64,000 nt of DNA from an uncultured Acidobacteriota bacterium (GTDB taxonomy: Bacteria > Acidobacteriota > Thermoanaerobaculia > Multivoradales > UBA5704), in the NCBI GenBank assembly GCA_963770895.1, contig CAVYRF010000001.1, positions 1,216,001 to 1,280,000 on the forward strand, in the 5' to 3' direction. Made by a program: the position numbers and the translations under genes. The notes beneath the pieces are model-generated. The model worked only from the letters and a program-made list of their open reading frames with translations, was not told where the DNA came from and ran no database searches. This document shows positions 18,175 through 28,365 of this stretch, piece by piece; positions within the stretch are counted from its first letter, which is position 1; every line of letters starts with the position of its first letter.

Positions 18175-19967
18175 GCCGCACGCGCCGCCACGGTCGCCGC
18201 GGCGCGATCGCGACGTTCCCAGCCGCGGCGCTGGCGACGCTCCCGGCCGTGGCGCTTGCCGCGCTCCCAGCCCTGGCGCTGGTCACGCTCCCAGGCGTAG
18301 CGCCGGCCGCGCTCGCGGCCAGCCCGCCGGGCGTCGCGGCGCCGGCGGCGTCCGCGGCACCGTCGCCGGTGCCTGCGCCAGCCCTGGCGCCGGATACGGC
18401 CAAGGCCGACGGCGAAGCCTGGTGGGCGCACGTGCGCTACCTGGCCGACGACCAGCTGGAGGGCCGCTTCACCGGCAGCGCCGGCTACCGCAAGGCTGCC
18501 GACTACGTGGCCGCGCGCTTCAAGGAATACGGCCTGGCGCCGGCCGGCACCGACGGCTACATGCAGCCGGTGGAGTTCGAGGAGGTGAAGATCATCTCGA
18601 TGCGGTCCGGCGCCACCCTGGTGCGCGGCGGCAAGGAGACGCCGCTTTCCTTGGGGCGCGACTTCGTGCTCAGCGCGCGCGGCGCGCAGCCGGGGACGTT
18701 CGAGGCGCCGCTGGTCTTCGCCGGCTACGGGCTGCACCTGCCGGACGCCGGTTACGACGACCTGGCCGGTCTGGATCTGCGCGGCAAGGTGGTGGTGTAC
18801 CTCAACAGCGGGCCGGCCGGCATCTCCGAAGAGCTGAAGGCGCATGCCCACGCCTCCGAGCAGCTGGCGCGCGAGCTGGAGCAGGCGGGAGCGGTGGGGT
18901 TGATCAGCGTGCCCAACCCGCGGGCGATGGACCGCAAGTGGGAAAGTTTTTCGGCCGTGGCGGCGCAGCCCACCCTGCGCCTGGCGGACCCCGCGCTGCA
19001 GGAAACGCAGGGGCCGTTCCTCAAGGCCACCTTCAATCCGGCGCAGGCCGACAAGCTGTTCGACGGCTCCGGGCACCGCTTCGACGACGTGCTGGCGCTG
19101 GCCGACGCCCACCAGCCCCTGCCGCGCTTCGCCCTGGCCGTCGTGCTGCGCGCCCACCTGACCACGACCGGCCTCCGCTTCGCCTCGGACAACGTGGCGG
19201 GCCTGCTGCGCGGCGCCGATCCGGCGCTCGGCCGCCAGGTGGTGGTGGTGTCGGCCCATCTGGATCACCTGGGCTTCAACCCCGCCCTTTCCGGTCACCA
19301 CGTCTTCAACGGCGCCATGGACAACGCCTCCGGGGTGGCGTCGATCCTGGAGATCGCCCGCCGCCTGGCCGCGGCGCCGGCGGCGGAGCGCCCGCGCCGG
19401 TCGATCCTGTTTCTGGCGATCTGCGGCGAAGAAGAAGGGCTCCTGGGCTCGCGCTACTTCGCGCAACGGCCGACGGTGCCGCGCGCCGACCTGGTGGCCG
19501 ATCTCAACCTGGACATGTTCCTGCCGCTCTTCGCGTTGCGCTCGCTGGTCGTCGAAGGGCTGGACGAATCGTCCCTGGGCGACGACGCGCGCGCGGTGGG
19601 CGCCGCGGCGGGAGTCGAGGTGGGCCCCGACCCCGCGCCCGACCGCGCCATCTTCGTGCGCAGCGACCAGTACAGCTTCATCCGCGCCGGCGTTCCCGCC
19701 ATCATGCTGATGTTCGGCGCCAAACCCGGCAGCCGCGAAGCGAAGACCGCCGAAAAGTGGTTCGACACCCGCTATCACGCGGTGTCCGACGACGTCCGGC
19801 AACCGGTCGACCTGGCTGCCGCGGCGCAGTTCAACCAGCTGATGACCCAGCTGGTGCGGCACATCGCCGCCGACGCCCAGCGGCCCGCCTGGAAGGACAC
19901 CAGCTACTTCAAGCACCTGGCGCCGCCCGCGGTACCTGCGCCGCCCGCCGCGCCCGCGCCGCCCTGA
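18171..19967 (+). CDS. M28 family peptidase with PA domain
   Basis: GTGA overlap with the upstream gene; YLADDQLEGR.TG, SAHLDHLG, NGAMDNASG, GEEEGLLGS, RSDQ, YHAVSDD. Confidence 0.93.
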   Translation: MSRTRRHGRRGAIATFPAAALATLPAVALAALPALALVTLPGVAPAALAASPPGVAAPAASAAPSPVPAPALAPDTAKADGEAWWAHVRYLADDQLEGRFTGSAGYRKAADYVAARFKEYGLAPAGTDGYMQPVEFEEVKIISMRSGATLVRGGKETPLSLGRDFVLSARGAQPGTFEAPLVFAGYGLHLPDAGYDDLAGLDLRGKVVVYLNSGPAGISEELKAHAHASEQLARELEQAGAVGLISVPNPRAMDRKWESFSAVAAQPTLRLADPALQETQGPFLKATFNPAQADKLFDGSGHRFDDVLALADAHQPLPRFALAVVLRAHLTTTGLRFASDNVAGLLRGADPALGRQVVVVSAHLDHLGFNPALSGHHVFNGAMDNASGVASILEIARRLAAAPAAERPRRSILFLAICGEEEGLLGSRYFAQRPTVPRADLVADLNLDMFLPLFALRSLVVEGLDESSLGDDARAVGAAAGVEVGPDPAPDRAIFVRSDQYSFIRAGVPAIMLMFGAKPGSREAKTAEKWFDTRYHAVSDDVRQPVDLAAAAQFNQLMTQLVRHIAADAQRPAWKDTSYFKHLAPPAVPAPPAAPAPP

Positions 19968-19972
19968 TCCGC

Positions 19973-21358
19973 TCAGCCGGCGCCGACCGCGCGGCGGATC
20001 TGCCGCGCGGCGCGCAGTCCGCTGGTCAGGGCGCCTTCGACGGTGCCGGTGTGGCCGGTGGTGTCGGTGGCCTCGCCGGCAAAGAAGAGCGTGCCGTCGA
20101 CCGGCCGCGACAGGCTGCGCGCGGCACCGGCGCCGCCGACGCGGGCGTAGCTGTAAGCGCCGCGGGAATACATGTCCTGCTCCCAGTCGTGCATCCAGGT
20201 CGCCGCCAGGCGCGACGTGACGGCGCGCCGCGGCAGGCCGAGCGCCGCCGCCAGCTCCGCGACGGCCGTGGACTTGACGGCGCCGGGGCCCCGCCGGGCG
20301 ATGGCTGCCGCCCTGGGGCCGCCGCACCAGGCGACCGCCAGCGGCCACAGCACGGGATAGGCGGTCCACCAGACGCCGAACGTCGGCCCGCCCAGGCTCC
20401 AGAAACCGATCCGCGCCGTCAGCTCCGCCGTGTGTCCCACCGCGCCGGCCGTCCACGGAAACTCCCGGAACCAGCAGGCGAGGCGCGCCACCGACCCCAT
20501 CGCCACCCCGCCGAGGGCGCGCCGGACGCGCGGCGGCTCCGGGTCCAGGCGAAGGCCGCCGGGCTCCGCCGGGCCGGCCGCCAGCACGCCGGCGGAGACA
20601 GTGATCAGGACCGCCCGCGCCGCGAAGCGCTCGCCGCCGCCATCGCCACCGCCGCCGCTGGCGCCACGACCGCCGCCGTCACCGGCGCCGGCGCCGCCGC
20701 CGTCGTCTCGCCTGGCGGCCAGCTGGACCTGCCCCCGGCGCCATTCGATCGCCGTCACCGCGGTCCGCAGCCGGAGATCCGCTCCCAGCTCCGCCGCCAG
20801 CCAGCGCGGCAGCTGGTCGTAGCCGCCGTGCACCCGCGCCATCTGGCTGGCCGCGGCCCCCATCTGCGCCTCGTATTGGGGCGCCAGCGAGCGCACGCTG
20901 ATCTGGTCCGCATCGGCGGCGTGGTAGCCCTCGACGAAGCCGCGCGCGGCGCGCCGGTCGGCGGCCGACGCGAGCTTGCCGAGGTGGGCCAGGTAGCTGT
21001 CGAACGAGCGGTCCGGCGCCGCCGGGTCGATGTGCCCCAGGATGCGGTCGATGGGGCTCCACCTCTCCGTCCCCGACAGGTGCCCGCGGCGCGCCCGCCA
21101 ATGTTCGCCGGCGATGTCGATCGTGGCGATCCCCGCCTCGGCAAGCAGGCGATGGGTGACCGGTGCGGCGCCGTGGACGAACTCCGCGCCCAGCTCGACC
21201 GGCAACGGGATGCGCGGGTCGTGCACCGTGAGGATGCGGCCGCCGACGCGGTCGCGCGCTTCGAGCACTAACACCCGCAGGCCGTGGCGGCGCAGCTCGC
21301 GGGCGGCAGCCAGACCCGCCACGCCGGCGCCCACCACCGCCACGTCCGCTCGCTCCAT
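19973..21358 (-). CDS. Flavin monoamine oxidase family protein
   Basis: VVGAGVAGL.AA, LEARDRVGGR, ELGAEFVHG, GAYSY, LFFAGEAT, GTVEGA..SG.RAA. Confidence 0.92.
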   Translation of the reverse strand: MERADVAVVGAGVAGLAAARELRRHGLRVLVLEARDRVGGRILTVHDPRIPLPVELGAEFVHGAAPVTHRLLAEAGIATIDIAGEHWRARRGHLSGTERWSPIDRILGHIDPAAPDRSFDSYLAHLGKLASAADRRAARGFVEGYHAADADQISVRSLAPQYEAQMGAAASQMARVHGGYDQLPRWLAAELGADLRLRTAVTAIEWRRGQVQLAARRDDGGGAGAGDGGGRGASGGGGDGGGERFAARAVLITVSAGVLAAGPAEPGGLRLDPEPPRVRRALGGVAMGSVARLACWFREFPWTAGAVGHTAELTARIGFWSLGGPTFGVWWTAYPVLWPLAVAWCGGPRAAAIARRGPGAVKSTAVAELAAALGLPRRAVTSRLAATWMHDWEQDMYSRGAYSYARVGGAGAARSLSRPVDGTLFFAGEATDTTGHTGTVEGALTSGLRAARQIRRAVGAG

Positions 21359-21402
21359 GCTCCTCCCTGCTGCCATGCCCGTGCCGCCCGGCGTCCGACC
21401 GA

Positions 21403-21984
21403 TCACGCCGCCGGCGGCGGGGATTGCGGCGAGTCTTCGCCCGGCGGGCGCGGCATCAGCCGCTCGATGACCACATAGGTGACCGTGTCCCAGGAGTTGT
21501 GGATGCCGATGACCAGCAGCGCGAGCGTCGCCGCGGCGATCGTGAACAGCGCCCCGATGGGGTGTGCGACCAGCAGCAGCCCGCCGGCCAGCAGCAGCGC
21601 GTGCGCCACGAGCGGGATGGCGATGTGCCACAGCCAGTCCTCGACGACCAGGCGATAGTCGCGCTGGCGGATGGCGCGGCGGGTCACCAGGCCGGCGTAC
21701 ACCGTTCCACCCGCGCCGAACAGCACGATCGTCATGGCGACCCCGAAAAGCCCGCCCCAGGGTGCGCACATCACGGCGGCAAGCAGCAGCACGGTGCTGA
21801 AATACACGATCGTCGGCGTCGCGAACGCATCGATCCCGGTCGACGAGTTCCCCAGCCGCATCTGCGCGAACAGCGCGATGACGACAAACTGCAGCGCCGT
21901 CAGCGCCGCCGCCGCGGAGCCGGCGATGACGTAAAAGTTCGCCCAGTGGAGGAGGATGGGCGGCGTTGCGATGGCTCCGTACAT
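21403..21984 (-). CDS. Multi-pass membrane protein of unknown function
   Basis: About 5 hydrophobic helices; WANFYVIAGSAAAALT.LQFV, IGIHNSWD; RBS ggagg. Confidence 0.8.
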   Translation of the reverse strand: MYGAIATPPILLHWANFYVIAGSAAAALTALQFVVIALFAQMRLGNSSTGIDAFATPTIVYFSTVLLLAAVMCAPWGGLFGVAMTIVLFGAGGTVYAGLVTRRAIRQRDYRLVVEDWLWHIAIPLVAHALLLAGGLLLVAHPIGALFTIAAATLALLVIGIHNSWDTVTYVVIERLMPRPPGEDSPQSPPPAA

Positions 21985-22195
21985 GGCGTCCTCCAAGAGA
22001 TCCGCACCCGCCTCTGCATCGACGCCAGGGCGGGCGCAGGCAGGATCAGGACCAGCCGTCTGCGGCCGTTGCCGCATTCTAGCGCGCACCTGCGGGCCGC
22101 GGCCGCCGGTGCGGGTGGAGAAGTGACATAATTGGCGCGACGTTCCGGCGCCGGCGCAGGTGCCGCCGCTGCCGCCTGTTCACGCCCCCGCTGAC

Positions 22196-23197
22196 ATGGC
22201 CCGTCCCACCGTGATCTGCCTCACGCCGGTCCGCAACGAGGCGTGGATTCTGGAACGCTTTCTCCACTGCGCCAGCCGCTGGGCAGACCACATCCTGCTG
22301 GCTGACGACCGATCGGTCGACGCGTCGCAGGCGATCGCCCGCCGGTTCCCCAAGGTGCGGTGGATCGCGCCCGCCGTCCCGATGAGCGACGAAGGCGCGC
22401 GCCGCGGCCTGCTGCTCGACGCGGCGCGGCAGATCGCGGCGCCGCGGCTGTTGCTCGCCTTGGACGCGGACGAAGTGTTGAGCGCCGGCTCCTGGGACAC
22501 GGCGGAGTGGGCGGCGATGCTCGCCGCCGCGCCGGGGACGGGCTTTCGCTTCCGCATGCGCAACCTGCGCCCCGGCCTCCAAAGTTGCTGGGACGAGCCG
22601 TGCGAAGGGCTCTGGGCGTTTCGCGACGACGGCAGCGCTTTCCACGGCGAGGTGCTGCACAGCCGCCGGCTGCCCCTGCCGGCTCCCGACGCGGTGGTGA
22701 TGCTGGCCGACGTCCAGGTGCTGCACTACCAGTACACCGATTGGGCCAGGATGCGTTCCAAACACCGCTGGTACCTGTGCCTGGAGCGGCTGCTGCGGCC
22801 GGAGCGCCGGCCGCTCCAGGTGTACCGGCAATACCACCACATGGACGCCGTGCCGCGCGGTGCGATGCGGGCGGTGCGGCAGGAGTGGCTTGCCGGCTAC
22901 GAAGATCTCGGCATCGACATGCGGCAAGCCCAAGGTGCGCCGCCGTACTGGTTCGACCGCGAAGTGGTGGCGATGATCGATCGTCACGGCGCCGGCCACT
23001 TCCGCCGCCAGGCCATCTGGGAAACCGATTGGGCGACGCTGGCGCGGCGCGACGGATACGATGCGCCGGAGCGCTTTCGCGATCCGCGCACGCGCCGCGA
23101 AAAAGCGATCCATTCCTGGTTGCGCCTCACCCAGCGCCGCTCCCGCCAGCCCCTCGTGCGCTGGCTCGACGGCCTCTTGCAGCGGCAGGGGTGGTGA
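22196..23197 (+). CDS. Glycosyltransferase family 2
   Basis: LTPVRNE, ADD.SVD.S, ALDADE (DxD). Confidence 0.88.
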   Translation: MARPTVICLTPVRNEAWILERFLHCASRWADHILLADDRSVDASQAIARRFPKVRWIAPAVPMSDEGARRGLLLDAARQIAAPRLLLALDADEVLSAGSWDTAEWAAMLAAAPGTGFRFRMRNLRPGLQSCWDEPCEGLWAFRDDGSAFHGEVLHSRRLPLPAPDAVVMLADVQVLHYQYTDWARMRSKHRWYLCLERLLRPERRPLQVYRQYHHMDAVPRGAMRAVRQEWLAGYEDLGIDMRQAQGAPPYWFDREVVAMIDRHGAGHFRRQAIWETDWATLARRDGYDAPERFRDPRTRREKAIHSWLRLTQRRSRQPLVRWLDGLLQRQGW

Positions 23198-23204
23198 CCG
23201 GGTG

Positions 23205-24650
23205 ATGCCGCCACCGGCGCCGCCGCCGCCGCTCACCACCCTCGATCGCTTGCCGGCGCCGCCGCCCGGCCGCGCGGGCTGGCCGTGGACCGAGGCGCCG
23301 CCGCCGCTGCCGCCGCGGCGCGCCGGCGGCTCGCCCTGGCCGCGCATCAGCATCGTCACCTGTTCGCACAACCAAGCCGATTTCCTTGAGGAGACCCTGC
23401 GATCGGTCCTGCTGCAGGGCTATCCGAACCTCGAATACATCGTCATCGACGGCGGCAGCAGCGACCATTCGCTCGCGATCGTCGAGCGCTACGCGCCCTG
23501 GCTCGCCCGCTGGGAGGCGCAGCAGGACCGCGGCCAGGCGGGGGCGCTCAACAGCGGCTTTGAGCATGCCACCGGCGACATCCTCGCCTACCTGAGCTCC
23601 GACGACACCTACCTGCCCGGCGCCCTGGAGCGCGCCGCCCGCGAGGTCGACGAGCGGCGCCATCGCCACCTGGTGGTCGGCCGCTGCCTCTACGTCGACG
23701 CCGCCGGGGCGTCCTTGGGCAACGAGCACCCCAGCCGCGCCGTCAGCCACCGCCGCCTGCTGGCCATCTGGAAGGGGCACAGCGTGCCGCAGCCGGCCGC
23801 CTTCTGGAGTCGCGCCGCCTGGCAGGAGGGCGGCCCGCTGGTCGAAGACGCCGGCATGCGCTGGATCGACTACGGGCTCTTCTGCCGCATCACGCGCCGC
23901 TACCGCCTGCACGCCGTCGATCAGCTCCTGGCCACCTATCGCCTCCATCCCACCTCCATCACCGTCTCCACCGGCCCCGCCGCCGCCCGTCCCCAGATCC
24001 TCCAAGTCAGCCGCTGCTATTGGGGTCCGCCCTGGACGCCGCGCCACCTCCTGCTCGCTGCCTCGCTCGCCGTCCACCGCTGCGATCGCCTGGGCCGCGG
24101 CCGCGCCATCCTCCGCCGCGCCTTGGCCGAGCGCGCCCAGGGCCACAACCCCAGCGCCCGCCGGCTCACCGCGCTGGCGGCCCTGGTCGTCCCCGACGTG
24201 GTGTGCCGGCTGGCGGTCGAGCGCCGCCAGGCCGACGGCCGGCCGCATCCCATCGCGTCCGCGCTCGGCCGCCTGCTGGGCCAGCGCCCCGCCCCGTTCA
24301 GCCATTCGACCGACCCCTGGCCCGACCGCTGGGTCGGCCCTCACCTCCACCTCGACCTGCCGGCCGCTGGAGGCGAGCGACGCCTGCGCATCCTGGGCAC
24401 CGCCGTCCGCTCCTACCTGGGCGCCCCGCTCACCTTGGAAGCACGCATCGACGGCCGCCCCGCCGGCGCCGCGACCATCGAGCGCGAAGGCCCCTTCGCC
24501 GTCGACCTGCCGCTGACCCCCGCCGCCGCGCCAGGCCGCCGCCACGTCGAGATCCAGGCCACCCCCCACTTCATCCCCGACACCATCCTCGGCAACAGCG
24601 ACCAACGCCCCCTCTGCTGGCTGGTCCAATCCGTCACCCTGCAACCCTGA
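23205..24650 (+). CDS. Glycosyltransferase family 2 with a C-terminal beta domain
   Basis: WPRISIVT.S.NQ..FLEET.RSVL.Q.YPNLEYIVIDGGS.D, YLSSDD. Confidence 0.92.
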   Translation: MPPPAPPPPLTTLDRLPAPPPGRAGWPWTEAPPPLPPRRAGGSPWPRISIVTCSHNQADFLEETLRSVLLQGYPNLEYIVIDGGSSDHSLAIVERYAPWLARWEAQQDRGQAGALNSGFEHATGDILAYLSSDDTYLPGALERAAREVDERRHRHLVVGRCLYVDAAGASLGNEHPSRAVSHRRLLAIWKGHSVPQPAAFWSRAAWQEGGPLVEDAGMRWIDYGLFCRITRRYRLHAVDQLLATYRLHPTSITVSTGPAAARPQILQVSRCYWGPPWTPRHLLLAASLAVHRCDRLGRGRAILRRALAERAQGHNPSARRLTALAALVVPDVVCRLAVERRQADGRPHPIASALGRLLGQRPAPFSHSTDPWPDRWVGPHLHLDLPAAGGERRLRILGTAVRSYLGAPLTLEARIDGRPAGAATIEREGPFAVDLPLTPAAAPGRRHVEIQATPHFIPDTILGNSDQRPLCWLVQSVTLQP

Positions 24651-24670
24651 CCCATAGCACGGCTGATCGA

Positions 24671-27139
24671 TCAACGGCTGGGCTCTGGCGCCTCGGTTGG
24701 AGCTTCGGTCTTCTGCAGATCCGGGCCATCGAGCCCCGCCAGGGCCTGCCGAAGCTGTTCCAGGCTCTGTGCCACCTGGTAGCCGAAGCCCTCGTCCTCT
24801 CCCAGCTGAGGAGCGGCGGCGAGGACCGCAGGGACGCTCGTGTCATAGGCGTGCCGGACCAGAGCAGACCACAGCCTCGGCTTTCCCTCCTCGAGATCCT
24901 CGAAGGTCTTCCAGACGCGGGAGAGCTCTTGATGCCAGTATGCCTTGAAGCCCGAGGCAGTGAAGACGCTGTTCTCCAGATAATCCACCAGAGCTCGGAG
25001 ATCTTCCTGAATCTCGGCCAGGATTGATGCGAAATCGGCGGCTGGGCCGGACGGGCGGGCCAAGTCCTCCCTCGGTTGTGGTGCAGGCTCAGGTTCCGGC
25101 GTGGCGGGCTTCGAGGTCCCCGGCACCTCGATCTTTCGAAAGGTCACGCCCGAGAAAGCCGGCGGTGACGCATGCCTCGATGCGCTCCCGGCTTCGCTCG
25201 CAGAGAGCGGTGGTGGCGGGGGCGCGCTGAGAGGGCGCCAGCTACCATAGTCCAGGAAATGTTCCAGATCCTTGTGGGCGGGATCGACACCCTCGTAGAA
25301 CTCCGCCAAAGCTTTGATGTCCGGCGCCCTTTCCTTGAGGCTGACCCGCCGGTCCGGAACTCCCCGCGGAGCTGTCAAGAAGATCTCGGCTGCAGGCCGG
25401 GCAAAGCGGAGGAATAGAGTTGAAACGCCATGCTCGATGCGAGGCTCGATCGGGCCAAGATCCTTGTCAAGCGCTTCTTCGATGCCCTTGATGCCCCAGA
25501 GAAGCTCTACCATTTTGCTCGTCAGCTCGCCGATGGACCGGTTGAGGTCCGCGGCCAGGTCCCGGCCGATGCCGTCGATGTGCTTCACGGCCTCCTGGTG
25601 GACCACCTTCCTGATCGCGATGTGAGCCGAGACGGGCAGGAATCTGCCATCGCCCGTGCGTCCATGGACCTTGTAGAGCTCCTGAATCTTATCTGGTGAC
25701 GCAGATGGCAGAGCTGCTTCAAAGCCGTGGACGAGGTCCCGGTAGCGGCCACGGAATCTCGTCAGCTCCGGGTTGTCGGACGGTTCCGCATCGACTTCTC
25801 GTCCGACCTTGGGCATTACTTTAGAATCGTAAAAGTCGCCCAGGTCCTTGCGGATTCTCGTCCACTCCTGGGTCCACCAGGCGTTGAAGGCGATCTCGAA
25901 CCGGCGGTCTCCGTCTTCCTGATAGTTGCCAGAAAATTCGGGGAACCTCTCTTCGAGTTGGTTGACCAGGTCACGGGCGACCCGGCGAAGGTCCGCCAGA
26001 ATCCTGTCACAGCGGCGGGCGAGAAGACTGGAGCGTTCGCCGTCGATATATGCCTGCACAGCGCGCTTGAGCTCGTCTATCCCATCGCCGACGCCGAGCT
26101 GGGCGAGGCGGGCCACGATGTTGGGCCCGTAGCGCATCACCTCTTCGCGTCCGGCGCCATTGCGGAAGAGGAGCGCGGGAGGGCAGACAGGCAGGACGCG
26201 GTCCGGTGGTATCCCTCGCCACTCGCGCCGGGCGCTTTCGAGAAGCTCGCGGAAATGCTGAACATCTTCGGCGGTGTCGATGCGCGTCAACACCACAAAA
26301 GTCTTACCTGCGGCCTTGACCGCCGGATCCTCGATGTCCGCAAAGCGGAGCATGCGCACCTCGGTCCCTTCGCGGTTGGGAGAGCGGAAGTCCTTGGCAT
26401 AGAGGATGGCGTCGCACTCAGCAATCTTCTGCTGCGCTTGTTGCTTGTGCATTTCAAGGGGAGAATTGAATCCAGGTACGTCATGAAAAACCAGGTCGCG
26501 GGCGGCGCGCAGCGCCGTTGTGCGCAGAATGATGCGCCGCACGGCCCGTGCATAGGCGGGATCCGTGATGACCCGCGTGAGATCCTGGCGGATCTCCCGG
26601 ATATCCAGAAACGATCGCTTTTCGGGAGAACGGCCCAGGAGAGGGCGGATCTGCGCTTCCAGCCCCCTGGTTTCTTCAAGGTCATTGTCCAGGTCTCGGA
26701 AGTCCTGCCCCTCCTGGCGTTGCGCAGCGGCGAGAGATGCATGAGCCTTGCGCTTCTGGTCGAGCTCCTCGGCAAACTCCTCGGGTGTGCGATATTCGAT
26801 TTCATAGCTCTGATCCCGCTCGCTGGGAGCGGACCAGATCTCGGTCGGAGTATAGGTGCACCGCTCATCCCGCGATGGGAGGATCTCGGCACCCAACCAG
26901 GCATTGATGAGAGCGCTTTTCCCGGCCTTTTCGAGACCGAGGACCGCCACATGGAACTGATTGTCGCGGAGCTTCTTGAGCTGACGGGCCAGCTGGGGCG
27001 CCAATTGGTCAAGCTTCTGACCGATCTTGGCCGTCAGGTTGGCAGCCTGCTGGCTCTGCAGGTCCCGCGCACGGGAGAGTACCGCATCCGCAAGCTGCAT
27101 CCTTGTCAGGTAGTGAGCACGGAAGGTTTCCCAACTCAT
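24671..27139 (-). CDS. Dynamin-like GTPase
   Basis: G1 GLEKAGKS, G2 RCTYT, G3 DVPG, G4 TRID; N-terminal helix and long helical stalk; RBS ggaga before ATG 27139. Confidence 0.9.
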   Translation of the reverse strand: MSWETFRAHYLTRMQLADAVLSRARDLQSQQAANLTAKIGQKLDQLAPQLARQLKKLRDNQFHVAVLGLEKAGKSALINAWLGAEILPSRDERCTYTPTEIWSAPSERDQSYEIEYRTPEEFAEELDQKRKAHASLAAAQRQEGQDFRDLDNDLEETRGLEAQIRPLLGRSPEKRSFLDIREIRQDLTRVITDPAYARAVRRIILRTTALRAARDLVFHDVPGFNSPLEMHKQQAQQKIAECDAILYAKDFRSPNREGTEVRMLRFADIEDPAVKAAGKTFVVLTRIDTAEDVQHFRELLESARREWRGIPPDRVLPVCPPALLFRNGAGREEVMRYGPNIVARLAQLGVGDGIDELKRAVQAYIDGERSSLLARRCDRILADLRRVARDLVNQLEERFPEFSGNYQEDGDRRFEIAFNAWWTQEWTRIRKDLGDFYDSKVMPKVGREVDAEPSDNPELTRFRGRYRDLVHGFEAALPSASPDKIQELYKVHGRTGDGRFLPVSAHIAIRKVVHQEAVKHIDGIGRDLAADLNRSIGELTSKMVELLWGIKGIEEALDKDLGPIEPRIEHGVSTLFLRFARPAAEIFLTAPRGVPDRRVSLKERAPDIKALAEFYEGVDPAHKDLEHFLDYGSWRPLSAPPPPPLSASEAGSASRHASPPAFSGVTFRKIEVPGTSKPATPEPEPAPQPREDLARPSGPAADFASILAEIQEDLRALVDYLENSVFTASGFKAYWHQELSRVWKTFEDLEEGKPRLWSALVRHAYDTSVPAVLAAAPQLGEDEGFGYQVAQSLEQLRQALAGLDGPDLQKTEAPTEAPEPSR

Positions 27140-27156
27140 CGTTTGTTCTCCGCTTC

Positions 27157-28365
27157 TCAGGATTTCAACAGGATGAGGAGTATGACAATGGCAGCCAGGA
27201 CAAGGAACGTCCACACCAACACCGTGAAGCCGGAAGGTCCGGCCCCAACCCGCGGCTGCGCAGGAGCGACCGGTGACAGAGCCGGTGGTGGATGCAGGGG
27301 CGCTGGGGTTGTCCTTGTCGCAGCTCCAGTCTTTGGAGTAGGCGGCGGTGGCGCCGGCTTCAGGCTCCTGATGTGGCTACGGACCAGATTCCAGGAATCT
27401 GCGGCAGGAATCCTGGCTACGAGATCGCCAAGCGAGGCCCGTAACAGACCAATGGGCGGACAGGTCGCAAGCGAGGCCGAGCGCCACGTCTGACGAAATA
27501 CGTCCCAAAAGGTCGGTGCGAAGCCGCGCAGCCATCTCTCGGCCTCCCGGAAGCGCTCGCCTGCTTCCTGGGAACCATGGTCGTCGCCAAAGAACCCGCT
27601 CTCTCCCGTCATTGCAGCGAGGGGAGGGTTGGCCAGAAGGAGGATTTCCGCCGCGAGGATCGCTGCGGCGTAGCGATCTCCTTCCCTGCAGGCGACGCGA
27701 TTGTCTCTCGGGTGTGTATAACCGGGAGTGCCGCGGCTGTCTCCAGGCGGTGTTCCCGGAAAGTACACGTCCTCCAGATCGATGACTTGGATTTTGCGAG
27801 CCGCGAGCTCGATGACGACGTTGCCTCCGGCGATGTCGGTATGAGTGGCGCAGAGACCTTCGATTGAGCAGACCACGTCGAGAAAATGTGCGCATAGATG
27901 GATCGCCGCGGGGGCCTCGAGGTGCTTCCCCTCGGTCGCAGCTTCTAGAATCTCATTCCAGGTTTGTCCCCCGATCCAGGGCATGAGCATCGCGTAGCTC
28001 AGCTGGTCCCAGAGCCTTGTGGCTGGATCGGAGGGCAGGATCACACGACGGTTGGCTGCCCGCAGGCCGTCGAGCTGGTAGAGCGGCTCCAGACGGCGTG
28101 CAATGTGCGCGAGCTCGGGCGACCGGCACCCAGGCCGGAAGACCTTGAGCGCCCAGTCCTGGCCAGTCAGGCTCCGCAGCTTGTAGATCGTCGCCCGGCC
28201 GCCGACGTCGCTCGCGTGCACCATCCTGAATGTGCCCCTCTCGAAGCTGCGGAAGAAAAAGGATTCGCCGAACAGCGCGATCTCCTGATCCGGTTGGGGC
28301 TTGAACACTGTCGCGGCGGTTGCGTCAGGGCTGTCCCTGGCGAATGTCGATCTTGTAGAATCCAC
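27157..28365 (-). CDS. Ser/Thr kinase-like protein with a C-terminal TM anchor
   Basis: GGRATIYKL, WALKVF (catalytic Lys), HTDIAGGN (HxDxxxxN), IDLED, GTPGY; Pro-rich linker; terminal TM FTVLVWTFLVLAAIVILLILL. Confidence 0.88.
   Translation of the reverse strand: MDSTRSTFARDSPDATAATVFKPQPDQEIALFGESFFFRSFERGTFRMVHASDVGGRATIYKLRSLTGQDWALKVFRPGCRSPELAHIARRLEPLYQLDGLRAANRRVILPSDPATRLWDQLSYAMLMPWIGGQTWNEILEAATEGKHLEAPAAIHLCAHFLDVVCSIEGLCATHTDIAGGNVVIELAARKIQVIDLEDVYFPGTPPGDSRGTPGYTHPRDNRVACREGDRYAAAILAAEILLLANPPLAAMTGESGFFGDDHGSQEAGERFREAERWLRGFAPTFWDVFRQTWRSASLATCPPIGLLRASLGDLVARIPAADSWNLVRSHIRSLKPAPPPPTPKTGAATRTTPAPLHPPPALSPVAPAQPRVGAGPSGFTVLVWTFLVLAAIVILLILLKS

Noticed and set aside
24650-24720. 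Second att site (tRNA-Gly 3' duplication) at the left island edge
   Set aside because: No copy of tggagcgggagacggg was found by eye here or elsewhere in the window, so the boundary rests on composition only.
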